A stretch of DNA of 63,823 bases, counting the filler, from Octopus bimaculoides (Eukaryota): assembly GCF_001194135.2 (NCBI RefSeq). It is 9 parts of 8 records of this genome, joined end to end, with 100 filler letters (N's around TTAATTAATTAA, not from the genome) between each part and the next. Parts side by side here need not be neighbours in the genome. Positions count along the whole stretch, not along the records: positions 1 to 19,003 come from NC_068987.1; positions 19,104 to 26,930 come from NC_068990.1; 7 more parts are not named here. One strand, 5' to 3'. A program made the translations under genes and the position numbers. A model generated the notes under the pieces. That model did not search any database. It was given only the letters and a program-made list of their open reading frames with translations, and had not been told where the DNA came from. Shown here one piece after another: positions 14,017-25,506 of this stretch (positions are counted from its first letter, which is position 1; the number at the start of each line of letters is the position of its first letter).

Positions 14017-15049
14017 ATAATTCTCTTCTTGCTGAAAACACTTTTCTAATTAGAAGTATCAGAGTGCATTGGCTTTATTTCCTCTCATCTTCCACTTTGT
14101 CTCTTGACGAAGTACCACAGCCCGAAACGTTGGACTCTCCAATGTTTCTTCCTCACAGCGTAAAATTAATTAACATCTATTCCTATTGGTTTGATTTCTC
14201 TCTTTTTTTTTCTGAAATCTTTAGGATGTAGAAATACGTAGTTACTTAATTAGTGTGTTGTTTAATTAGTTAAATATCTAGTTGCTTGGTTGGGCATCTA
14301 ATTAGCTGTTGCTTAGCCTAAGGTCAGCTCTGACTGTGCAGAGTTATATTTAAAAGCACTTACGGTTTTGGCCACCCCGTTCTTCTCTCGAGCATTGCAT
14401 CTCTAGGATTACATTAATCAAAATGAAGTGTTTCCCTAACTTTTCAAGACAGCGGGGTACAATTTGATCTTTAACAGATCGAGCAACAACATAGATACAC
14501 CCTCGGTGGCTTGCATCTATTTAGCAATTAAGAAAGGAATAGTTTAGAAATTAAATCATTTATTTATGTGATCACTTCCAATCCAGTTCCAACAATGTAT
14601 TATCAAAGATGCGCCCAGGGTCTTTGAGTTCTTCTACAAAATGATCTTCTACAAAATGATCTTGTGATGCAAATGTAAGGAGTGTTTACAACTAAAAATT
14701 GCTGGGTTAAGGTCACAGTGTCAACCTAAAATTTTGTCTTGTAGCCCTCGATACATTCACAATTGAACTTATCCTCAACTTTTATGTCGTGTATGCGACT
14801 TGTAAAGTTAGTTACTTCAGAAAATTCTCCTTCATTTTTTTTTTTTTTCATCGCCCTCATCTTATTTTTTCGCCTTCTTTTTTTCTTTGGCTTCTTTTTC
14901 TTTTTCATCCATACTCTTCTCCATCTCTTTTTCTTTCCTCTTCTTTTACCAGTCTTCTTTTTATTGTTTTTCATTATCTTCATCTTTTCTTTTTGTATGT
15001 ACATATATACGTATAAGCATATATATATAAATAAATATATATATATATG

Positions 15050-15110
<61 letters not shown>

Positions 15111-15213
15111 ATATAATTGTGTATATATGTATATATATATATACAATTGTGTGTGTATATATATGTATAACTGTGTGTTTGTATATATATATATATATAT
15201 ATATATAATTGTG

Positions 15214-15303
<90 letters not shown>

Positions 15304-15943
15304 ACTATATATATGTACGTGTGTATGCCTGTACATATATATGTATATTTATGTATATGTGTTATATGCATTTATATGTATATACTTTCCTATGCTTATT
15401 TCTTCATTCTTTAAATTTCTCCAATAAAAGAGCCGTTTGAGAACGAAGAAATAGTGACCCCACCCTCTCCTCCCAAAAACATTTTGACAGCAATAACAAG
15501 CACCGTTGCCACCATACCCGCCACCAGCACCACCACCACCACCGCAATAACAACAACAACATCAATATGATGTCACATGCTGGACTTCAGAAGAAAAAAT
15601 TCTTGTTTACTGAGTGAAATGCTTTGCGTGAGATATCTAAAGTTTCGAGGTTATTGCATCAGTTTATCTCAATATAACCAAGTACACAACCATTGTATTG
15701 ATGGACCCAAAGATATAAATCGGCAACAACTGTTCACAAATGGTGTTCCTATGAATGTTGAAGAATTATTTCTTCGACATCTTGCATTTGATGCTAAACT
15801 TTGACTGGAACAGCATTTGTAATAATGGCTTCAAATTTTGGCACAAGGGCAGAAAATTCGGAGAAAGGATTAAGTTGATGTAATCAACCCCAGTACTCAA
15901 ATGGTACTTACTTTGACAATCCCGAAAAGATGAAAGGCTAAGT

Positions 15944-16099
15944 TTTTGGTTCTCAACCTGTGGTCCGCAAAGGTAGTACTGGGGGTCCCTGAGCTAAATT
16001 CAAACTTTCACATATATATATATATTTACATACATACATAAGGAAGAGCATATTAAAAGAGGTCCGTGGAAAATTCATTTAAATAAAAGGGATCCTTGA
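15944..16099. mobile_element. hAT/Charlie-like MITE fragment nested in a SINE
   Basis: GGTTCTCAACCTGTGGTCCGC is a Charlie-like end. It interrupts a SINE at GCTAAGT, which occurs on both sides (15937-43, 16100-06). Confidence 0.55.
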
Positions 16100-17742
16100 G
16101 CTAAGTCAACCTCGACGGAATTTTAACTCAGAACGTAAAAATGGATTAAATGCACTAAACATTTTGCCCGACCCGTTAACGATTCTGCCAACTCACCGCC
16201 TTGAACGGAAGGGAAGTTAATTGATACCACTGAACTTGACTAGCACTTTATTTTATCGACCCCGAAAGGATGAAAAGTAAGGTTAGCCTAGTCTGGATTT
16301 GAACTCAGAACGTAAAAACTGGAACAAATACCGTAAGGCATTTTTCTGATGCTTTTACGATTGAGCCAGCTCGTCATCTTAGCAGCATTTGTATGTAATA
16401 AGGGTTTCAAATTTTGGCACTTACCAGCAATTTCGGAGAAAAGGTTAAGTCGACCTCGGTAGCATTTGAACTCAGAACGTAAAGACGGACGAAATGCCGC
16501 TGAGTATTTTGACCGGCATGCAAAAAGATTCTGCTAGCACACTTCCCTAGCATTTGGGATAAAGTGGAGTTAAAAGATAGATGTCTTTCGCATGTGAGAG
16601 AGGGAGAAATAAACTGAAGATTAACAGACGAATCCTGCAATGGGAAAATAAAAGGGAAACGAAGAATGTTTTAATTGCTATCTAGGACTAAATATTTAAT
16701 ACCTAATATAATTTCATCTACTATATGGGCGATTGAAACACAGAATATTCAGTTACCATCCAAATCCACTCACAAGGCTTCGCAGTGGGACTGAACACAG
16801 AACCATGTGGTTGTAAGCAAGCTACTTACCACACAGCCACTCTTGCGCTTATAGGGTTCGATTTTCTTGGGGGGGGGGGTGTCCTCTAGGGGTATTTACC
16901 CAATTTTCTATTCACAGCTAACCTGCTTTCGAAATTTACTTTATTTTCTGTAATAAATATGTATTTTCTGTAATGTATATATATACTTATGGAATTCATA
17001 CAGGCTTTCCCACTATAGGTTTTTTGATTGTTCATCTCATATTCAGAAGTCACATGGTGATTTGTTTACTCCGGTCAAATTTTTGACCATTACGTTTATA
17101 TAAATCATTAGTCACATGCTAATATTTTGGTGTGTGTTTATTTTGTTATTGTAGTAATATAAGTAGAAAAATAGAAAACTAACCATGGAACTCATACTCA
17201 CAACACGCAAACACCACACACAAAAGATTAATCATGGAAGCCACATTCATATCATAATACAATGGCAAAATAAACACACACACACACACCAAATATTTAG
17301 CATGTAGCTACAGGCATAACGGTCAATAATTTGATTGAGACAGTAAAACCAACACGTCTAACTATAAAGATTCTACATGAATGCAAACAGACTCCAAATA
17401 TATATAATTCTTCAAAATAAGATTGTGAAAGTCTGGAACCATTGAATATGAATTTAAGAACTTCATAGTTCCAAACGAATTGTAAAAGAAATTAATCAGA
17501 ATATACGAAAAATCTAAATTAAATAGATAACACCCCAACACATTCGTGAATTTAATGAAACTACATACATAAATACACACTCACACTCATACGCACGCGT
17601 GCGCGCACTTGCTCACACAAACACACACGTACACACGCGCACACACACACGTACGCACGTATGAATGTTTATTTTTATGTTATAATAAACACTCTTGAGG
17701 GATTACACAATACCGTAGGTGGAGTATAAATTTATTTTTTAA

Positions 17743-17830
17743 CAAGAATAATATTGATAATGACTTTTCAGCCAGTCCGATGATAACTTAGCAAGCCGAA
17801 ACTTCGTAGTCACTATCAATACTATTCTTG
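17743..17830 (+). ncRNA. Hammerhead-like relic enclosed by a 23-bp inverted repeat
   Basis: CCGATGA (17777-83), T-aaCTT agc AAGCC, GAAAC ttc GTA (17798-17808). Arms CAAGAATAATATTGATAATGACT / AGTCACTATCAATACTATTCTTG have 2 mismatches. Confidence 0.4.
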
Positions 17831-17833
17831 CTA

Positions 17834-17881
<48 letters not shown>

Positions 17882-18379
17882 TATTCTACCCACTTCCATC
17901 ATATGCATATATGTGTAAGTGCATAGTTGTAAGGGATATATGCACGGAAGCACCGGTGGTGGGAGTAAAATCACTACAACCAGAGTAATAGTTTAATCTT
18001 GATACAACGTAGAAACAAAGAAATACTCAGAATGGATAACAAAAATGAAAACCCTCTCTTACTTGTGGTACACAAATGCCAAAACAGAATATATCCGATA
18101 AAGACGGGAGAAAATATTTTTTTAAATACAAGTTTATTGCAAAATGAGCCTAAAAGATTTTTTTTATATAATTAATTACAGTTTAAATGCAAAAGCAATT
18201 AAAATATTGATATTCGTGGGACACAGTCATCTGTAACTTAATGAAATAAGCCGTTCCTTGGTGATGTGCTGGGGGTTCAGCATCTAAATGCGCTTGTATT
18301 TATCTTTATTTCTCCTACATACATATACATGCATATACGTATATAGTAAAAGTCATCTGTATGTAAATCAGACAAAACT

Positions 18380-18740
18380 ATATTTAACAGAGCGATGAAC
18401 TTCCGTAACGAAGTAACACCGCATATCCATTACAAAGAAAACACAAAGAAGTACACACTAATAACAACACATCCCCTTCCCAAAAATAATAAAAAGAGGA
18501 ATGTAATATTATACAACATACCATATAACATCAAATTAAAAGCCATTGTAGCGAGAAGCTCCGTTATACAGAAATACTTCTTTCAAAAGAACATAGATTC
18601 CACCTGCTGTTTCGTGAAAGCAATTTAAAGAGTAAGCTGCTTCAACTGCGAGAGGAAAATTACAATGGTATTAGTGGTCACAATGCAAACTATTCCAAAG
18701 AAACCAAGAACCGAATTGCCCTATAACTAATTTCAGAAGT
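18380..18740 (+). mobile_element. Highly decayed Penelope-like fragment (RT/GIY-YIG linker)
   Basis: KRNVILYNIPYNIKLK resembles the PLE linker motif KRNIIW(F/Y)NPP(F/Y); downstream remnants resemble KVSYSC and CxCRxKxxCPL. Confidence 0.55.
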
Positions 18741-18762
18741 ATGAAACTTTGTCTCCTAAAAC

Positions 18763-18900
18763 ATGGGTTCTCAGCTACTGGATCACAGAGCAATACCGAG
18801 CCGTAAATCATTTGGTACCGATCCGCTGCGAAAGAATAAATCTTAAAATTTTATTTCACTTTTATTGACTATCGCAATCTGCAAGGTGTTTCTCCATTAT
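18763..18900 (+). mobile_element. Decayed hAT/Charlie-like end fragment
   Basis: GGTTCTCAGCTACTGG..ATCATTTGGTACCGATCCGC..AAAGAATAAAT resembles Charlie-type left ends. Confidence 0.45.
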
Positions 18901-18961
18901 ATATGCATTATCTGTGTATTATATATGTAATGTACATGTATTATGCATGTAATATATATAA

Positions 18962-19003
<42 letters not shown>

Positions 19004-19103
19004 NNNNNNNNNNNNNNNNNNNNNNNNNNNNNNNNNNNNNNNNNNNNTTAATTAATTAANNNNNNNNNNNNNNNNNNNNNNNNNNNNNNNNNNNNNNNNN
19101 NNN
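19004..19103. other. Artificial scaffold-joining spacer (44 N + TTAATTAATTAA + 44 N); identical spacers at 26931-27030, 51095-51194, 53409-53508, 56552-56651, 58333-58432, 61268-61367, 62672-62771
   Basis: Same 100-nt layout eight times; the 12-mer puts stop codons in all six frames. Confidence 0.95.
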
Positions 19104-19145
<42 letters not shown>

Positions 19146-19363
19146 GTATACCACTTGCTATCTCTTCATAAACCTTCCCGTCTATCTATTGATTTATCTA
19201 TCTCACTTCATATTCCCATTTTCCATCTAGTCATCCAGCCGGGTTAGCTTCCCTTATAATTTCCTTTCTTTCTACCACTATCATCAACACCACTCTATTC
19301 CACCTCCTTCGAAATTCTTCTTTCAATCGTTCTATGTCATTTTATTCTCTTTCTCCTCCATAC

Positions 19364-19401
<38 letters not shown>

Positions 19402-19837
19402 ATTCTCTCATTCTCTATCTCTCTCTCTCTCTCTCTCTCTTTCCCTCCCTCTTATTCATTCCCTCAACGAGTATTTATCTGGTTCTTTAATCTATCTCCA
19501 TTTCAGACTCAGACAACACACGGAGCATGAAAAGTGCTGACATCAGCAAATCAGTGCTAGTAAGAAAACATAACAAATCAACAAAAGCAACAAAAACGAA
19601 GCAGAAGAACGTATATAAGAAACATGAAATAAGAGAGGATATAGAGAAACCGGCTGTGGGGAGGGGATGTGTGAGGAAACCCTAGAAAATAAAGTCCCTT
19701 TATATTAACCTTTTACCTCTCCCATAATTTATGTGTATGTGGTTGTGTGTATATGTATATATCTTATATATAATTTCACATATACACCGACATATATATA
19801 TATATACATACACACATATATATATACATATACATAC

Positions 19838-19874
<37 letters not shown>

Positions 19875-19882
19875 CATATATG

Positions 19883-19916
<34 letters not shown>

Positions 19917-19931
19917 TATACATATACATGC

Positions 19932-19998
<67 letters not shown>

Positions 19999-20419
19999 NN
20001 NNNNNNNNNNNNNNNNNNNNNNNNNNNNNNNNNNNNNNNNNNNNNNNNNNNNNNNNNNNNNNNNNNNNNNNNNNNNNNNNNNNNNNNNNNNNNNNNNNNN
20101 NNNNNNNNNNNNNNNNNNNNNNNNNNNNNNNNNNNNNNNNNNNNNNNNNNNNNNNNNNNNNNNNNNNNNNNNNNNNNNNNNNNNNNNNNNNNNNNNNNNN
20201 NNNNNNNNNNNNNNNNNNNNNNNNNNNNNNNNNNNNNNNNNNNNNNNNNNNNNNNNNNNNNNNNNNNNNNNNNNNNNNNNNNNNNNNNNNNNNNNNNNNN
20301 NNNNNNNNNNNNNNNNNNNNNNNNNNNNNNNNNNNNNNNNNNNNNNNNNNNNNNNNNNNNNNNNNNNNNNNNNNNNNNNNNNNNNNNNNNNNNNNNNNNN
20401 NNNNNNNNNATATATATAC

Positions 20420-20490
<71 letters not shown>

Positions 20491-20603
20491 AATATATATA
20501 TACACACATATAATTTAACGGTCTTCGTAGTTATTTGCTTCTGTTGCCCATGTTGCTTAGGAAACCAAATTTGACTTATTTACCTTCTTATTATTATTAT
20601 GCT

Positions 20604-20668
<65 letters not shown>

Positions 20669-21328
20669 TTACTACTACTATTATTATTATTATTATTGTT
20701 GTTATTAATGTTGTTTTACTTAACACTCATTACTCGGAGAGTCCTGTTGCTTCTGCTTGTGTCAATTCGGTCCCCCGGAGGAAACCCCCAGAACACAAGC
20801 CTTTACTTACACCACCACCCTTGTCTACTAAACCAAGTCGGCCCAACCCATTTCTAGAACATTCCATTACCATCTTAGCTACAAACATGCACATACACAC
20901 ACACACACACATACAAATATATACACATATGTATATATATATATAATTCATGTACGTGCATATCTAGGGAATGATAAATGCAGGGAGACAGTAAGCACAC
21001 GCACCCTCTCTTTCTTTCTGTCTTTTTCTATTTCTTCTTTTTTTTCTCTGTCACTGTCATTTTATCTCTCTCCTTGCCTCACGCACACATACATTCAAAC
21101 ACATTTGCATGCTTTAGGAACCACATTTACACACACGCAATATTTATAACTGACGTCAAGGGTACTATGAAACAGAATCTCTCACTTCACTAACAACCCT
21201 TCCTCTACTCCTAGTAGAGCCACCGCTACTACTATAACCCCTACCGCCTTTATCACCCCAGTACCACCAGCTTCACCATTACCGCCCTCACAATCATCGA
21301 CGCGACCACTACCACCAGTGTGGCCTCA

Positions 21329-21359
<31 letters not shown>

Positions 21360-21677
21360 TACACATACATACATACATACATACATACATACATACATAC
21401 ATACATGCATACATACATACATACATACATACATGAAATCCACGCCTCGGAAATATTATAGAAGGTATTTTAATATAAAATGCATGTCTGAATAGCCAAG
21501 AGCGGATCTCTTCACTCAGCTGGGTCGTGTTATCTCCATTCACGGCAAAAATATCAGGTGCTGGCACTTCTGTGCCGCGTTTGATATTCACTTAATATCG
21601 TTTGGGTGCACATATTACGATCTTACAATGTGCCGCAATTTAAGCACCTAATTCAACAGAATCTTAATTGTATTTTC

Positions 21678-21749
<72 letters not shown>

Positions 21750-21921
21750 NNNNNNNNNNNNNNNNNNNNNNNNNNNNNNNNNNNNNNNNNNNNNNNNNNN
21801 NNNNNNNNNNNNNNNNNNNNNNNNNNNNNNNNNNNNNNNNNNNNNNNNNNNNNNNNNNNNNNNNNNNNNNNNNNNNNNNNNNNNNNNNNNNNNNNNNNNN
21901 NNNNNNNNNNNNNNNNNNNNN

Positions 21922-23600
21922 TCCTCAGATGTCAGTGTGAGCACGGAGGATTTCCTCAGTAGAATCAGTAGATGCAACCACTCCAACGACCTCACAGGTT
22001 GTGTAGTAAGTAATATAGATGTAGTTTCACTCTAGACATAGATTTTGCTGTGGAAAAATGTATTGAGATTATCTGTCAGAGTGAAGTAGAGCTTCGTGAA
22101 GTCAACACGAGGGACCTGGGCCTTCTTTTCCTTAAACTAAGCTATGACTGTAACTACCTAGACAACCATGACCTTAGTAGATTCTGCCCCACCAGGTCAC
22201 AGAAAGGAAGACCACCCACCATCACCTCAGCAGTGAAGAAAAGCAGCGCAGAGCGCTGGAGAGGATGGATCATAACCACTCAGGACCCTGAGAACAACAG
22301 TCAAGTGAAAAGAATGACTGCACATGCTATAGGAGCTAGCAAAAGAACTACATAGTAAAGTTAAACAGGAAACTATACATGCAGGTTCAAGGTGCAGCTA
22401 TTGGTGTCGGTGTGGCTAGAGATGTGGCCGGCCACTTCATGACCTGGTGGGACAGAAAACTTAAACAGTCCTTAAACAATCTACAACTGTTTTGCTTTAC
22501 TGCAGGTATGTAGATGGCATTAATATTCTAGTTAGGACAAACTCTAGTAACTGTAATATAGAAACCGAGTGGAGCATAATGAAGAGCATCCAGCACGTAG
22601 ATTACGCCATTCACGAAAGTATGAAGGTAGCTGTAGATTACCCCACTAGATACCCCAACAATAGACTCCCTTTCCTTGATACTGAACTTGTTGAGAGATT
22701 GTGAATAACAGTGTGCAGCTCCTTCACTCCTCCACTCCTATTACATGAAACCCATAGCTTCTAAATATGTTGTTCAAAAGAACTCAGCTTTGTCACACAA
22801 TATGAAAATCAGCATACTGATACCAGATTTAGTTAGCATAATGAACAACGTGTCCCCTATATGCAAACCCTATGAAGCAAAGAAACATGTACAGAACTTC
22901 ATGCACCGCATGCAGTTCTTTGGATATGACCAGAAAGATAGGGTTCGGGCACACAGGGGAGCTAGAAAGAAGTTAGATAACATTATATGTAATGAAATCA
23001 GTGTTACCTGCCCTATATATAGAAGTAAAGACCAGAGTAGGATACAAAGGGTTTGTGACAAAACAAAGTGAACAGGTGGTACAAGACCGACACATATCAA
23101 GGAGCGATGTTTGTAGAATCCACAGCCCATAGAGAACTAACCCGAAGATTTGGGAAATCTCTGACGGAGGCCAAACTCAACATTAAGATCGTTGAAAAGC
23201 CAGGGAGCTCCATCAGATCACAATTATGTAGAACGTACCTCTTTGAGAATACTACGTGAACCAATGTTAATTGCATGATATGTAAGATTAACCATGGCAT
23301 TAACTGTAGAACTAGAAATGTAATCTACAGCATAATGTGCATAGAGTGTGCTTGCAAAGACAAGAACATGATATAAATAGGTGAGACATCTAGAAGCATT
23401 GCGGAGAGTCTAAATGCACATTTGAGACAATATGACGAAAAAAAAACACTCATCCATACTCTACCAAGAAGCCAAAGACCAACATGGAGGCACACTAGGT
23501 CAACATTTTATCCAAGCACACGAAGGACCCAACATTCAGACAAATACAGCAGTATGTCCTCATAAATGAAACATCCCCAGTACTAAATAGGAAATATACG
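21922..23600 (+). mobile_element. Decayed Penelope-like retroelement (RT + GIY-YIG endonuclease)
   Basis: Frameshifted motifs in the expected order: LYMQVQGAAIGVGVARDVAGHFM (RT), LYCRYVDG (YxDD-like), DYP..NNRLPFLDTEL, FMHRMQFFGY, MFVEST, KIVEKPGSSI, then CMIC..CRTRNVIYSIMCIEC..(*)IGETSRSIAESLNAH (GIY-YIG with Cys motifs). Multiple stops. Confidence 0.9.
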
Positions 23601-23841
23601 TAGAAGGTGGTCATACCCCAACACCAACAGTTTATATATACACAGGTAGAGTTGTTAGCAGGCTGTTATGTAAATGTATATATATGTGGGAGGGGGGTAA
23701 AAGTAAACAGATAGATAAATAGATAGATAGGTTCATAGGTAATACACACAGACAAGCATACACACATACAAATGAAGACTGAAACACGTGACCATATACA
23801 CAAACTCACACTTCACACACTATTGAAAAGGTTGCAAGACA

Positions 23842-24266
23842 GGCGCAGGAGTGGCTGTGTGGTAAGTATACTGCCTTTATGGCAAATCAAATGAAATAAA
23901 GTAGCTTGCCTACCAACCACATGGTTCCGGGTTCAGTCCCACTGCGTGGCACCTTGGGTAAGTGTTTTCTACTCTAGCTTCGGACCGACCAATGCCTTTT
24001 GAGTGGATTTGGTAGACGGAAACTGAAAGAAGCTTGTCGTATATATGTATATGTATATATATATGTGTGTGTGTTTGTGTGTCTGTGTTTGTCCCCCCAA
24101 CATCGCTTGACAACCGATGCTGGTGTGTTTACGTCCCCGTAACTTAGCGGTTCGGTAAAAGTACTAGGCTTACAAAGAATAAGTCCTGGGGTCGATTTGC
24201 TCGACTAAAAGGCGGTGCTCCAGCATGGCTGCAGTCAAATGACTGAAACAAGTAAAAGAGTAAAGA
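23842..24266 (+). mobile_element. Full-length tRNA-derived SINE, family K (bipartite with central (TA)/(TG) tract); other copies near 8690-8910, 10930-11070, 13785-13940(-), 16745-16850(-), 27960-28075, 41405-42075, 48480-48640, 55428-56010, 60760-60935(-)
   Basis: A-box-like GTGGCTGTGTGG and B-box GGGTTCAGTCCC; body GGCACCTTGGG(C/T)AAGTGT..GGATTTGGTAGACGGAAACTGAAAGAAGC recurs across the window; tail CAGTCAAATGACTGAAACAAGTAAAAGA. Confidence 0.85.
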
Positions 24267-24382
24267 CAACAAAAATTTTTGAAAAAAAAAGAGTAAATGA
24301 GTGGAAATCGAACCGGTGAGTGTATTAAGTAATAAGGCACTAAAAGAAAATGGCTCTCCCCAGACACAATAATATATATATA

Positions 24383-25056
24383 CAGGTTTGGACAAAATAA
24401 TGGAAACATCTAGCATCATAGCATCATAATTTTGAAATATTTATAAAACCGTCAAAAGCTTGTTTATTTTTATGTTTTTTTTTATTTATCATTAGTGTCA
24501 CTTAATATGTTTTGCTAAAATTGCTGTTTCTTTTCAGGTATCATTAGAAAAAAGTAATTAAAATTCATTAAAATGACAGATCTATCGGACTTTCAAAGAG
24601 GTCAAATTGTTGGTGCTCGTATGGCAGGTGCTAGCGTAACGAAAACAGCCGATATGTTTGATGTATCAAGAAGTACTGTCTCGAAAGTAATGACAGCTTT
24701 TGAGAAAGAGGGGAAAATCTCCTCGTCGAAACAAAACTCCGGAAGAAAACAAAAGCTTTCAGATAAAGACCGCTGAACTCTTGCGCGAATTGTTAGAAAG
24801 GATCACAAAGGTATAGCTCTCAAAATTACTGCAGAGCTTAATGACCGCCTCGAGAAACCAGCTTCCACAAAACTGTTCACCGAGAGCTGCACAAAGCCGG
24901 ATTTCACGGGAGGGCTACAATCAGAAAACCGCTACAAAACCGTTTCAAAAACAAACATTGCAATGCGTTTAGAGTGGAGTAAAAACCTACAGAATTGGTC
25001 CTTAGAGCAATGGAAGAATGTTATTTTCTCGGACGAGTCATCCTTTACCTTATTTC
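24383..25056 (+). mobile_element. Tc1-like DNA transposon, left TIR plus 3'-truncated transposase pseudogene
   Basis: TA|CAGGTTTGGACAAAATAATGGAAAC left end. MTDLSDFQRGQIVGARMAGASVTKTADMFDVSRSTVSKV..NSGRKQKLSDKDR* (paired-like HTH, GRK), then frameshifted KTVHRELH..KP..RLEWSK..WSLEQWKNVIFSDESSFTLF (first catalytic D), where it is cut off. Confidence 0.92.
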
Positions 25057-25070
25057 ATATGTATGTATGC

Positions 25071-25277
25071 ATAATTTAGGACAAACAGTAAGTTGTCATT
25101 ATATTACTCGGAGTTTCGAATGTCAGAGCAAAGAGCTACGATGCATTCTCTTCGGCTATTAATGGCAATAGACACTATGAAAAAGCGGTTTCATAGCGAG
25201 AATGCATCGTAGCTCTTCGCTCCGACATTGGAAACTCTGAGTATTATAATGACAACTTACTGTTTGTCCTAAATTAT
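25071..25277. repeat. Foldback palindrome: 80-bp arms (75/80 identical) with two small central hairpins; probable MITE
   Basis: 25071-25150 is the reverse complement of 25198-25277 with 5 mismatches. The centre holds CTATT/AATAG and CTATGAAA/TTTCATAG stems. Confidence 0.9.
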
Positions 25278-25344
25278 ACATATATAAATAATCCTCTATC
25301 TAATATCCAGGTCTCATTTTTTAGTTGTCACTTTTTATCATTAA

Positions 25345-25383
<39 letters not shown>

Positions 25384-25471
25384 GGTTTTGGCCAGTAAAG
25401 GCCCAGGTCATGTCTAACTCAATAGCACATATATATATATATATATACATATACAGCCACGCCGGCACCTT

Positions 25472-25506
<35 letters not shown>

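Noticed and set aside
19048-19059. TTAATTAATTAA islands as conserved elements or piggyBac sites
   Set aside because: They are always centred in exactly 44+44 N, so they are a synthetic linker.
21432-21591. Protein-like open frame NIKRGTEVPAPDIFAVNGDNTTQLSEEIRSWLFRHAFY (-)
   Set aside because: No recognised family and a weak acceptor, so it is unsupported.
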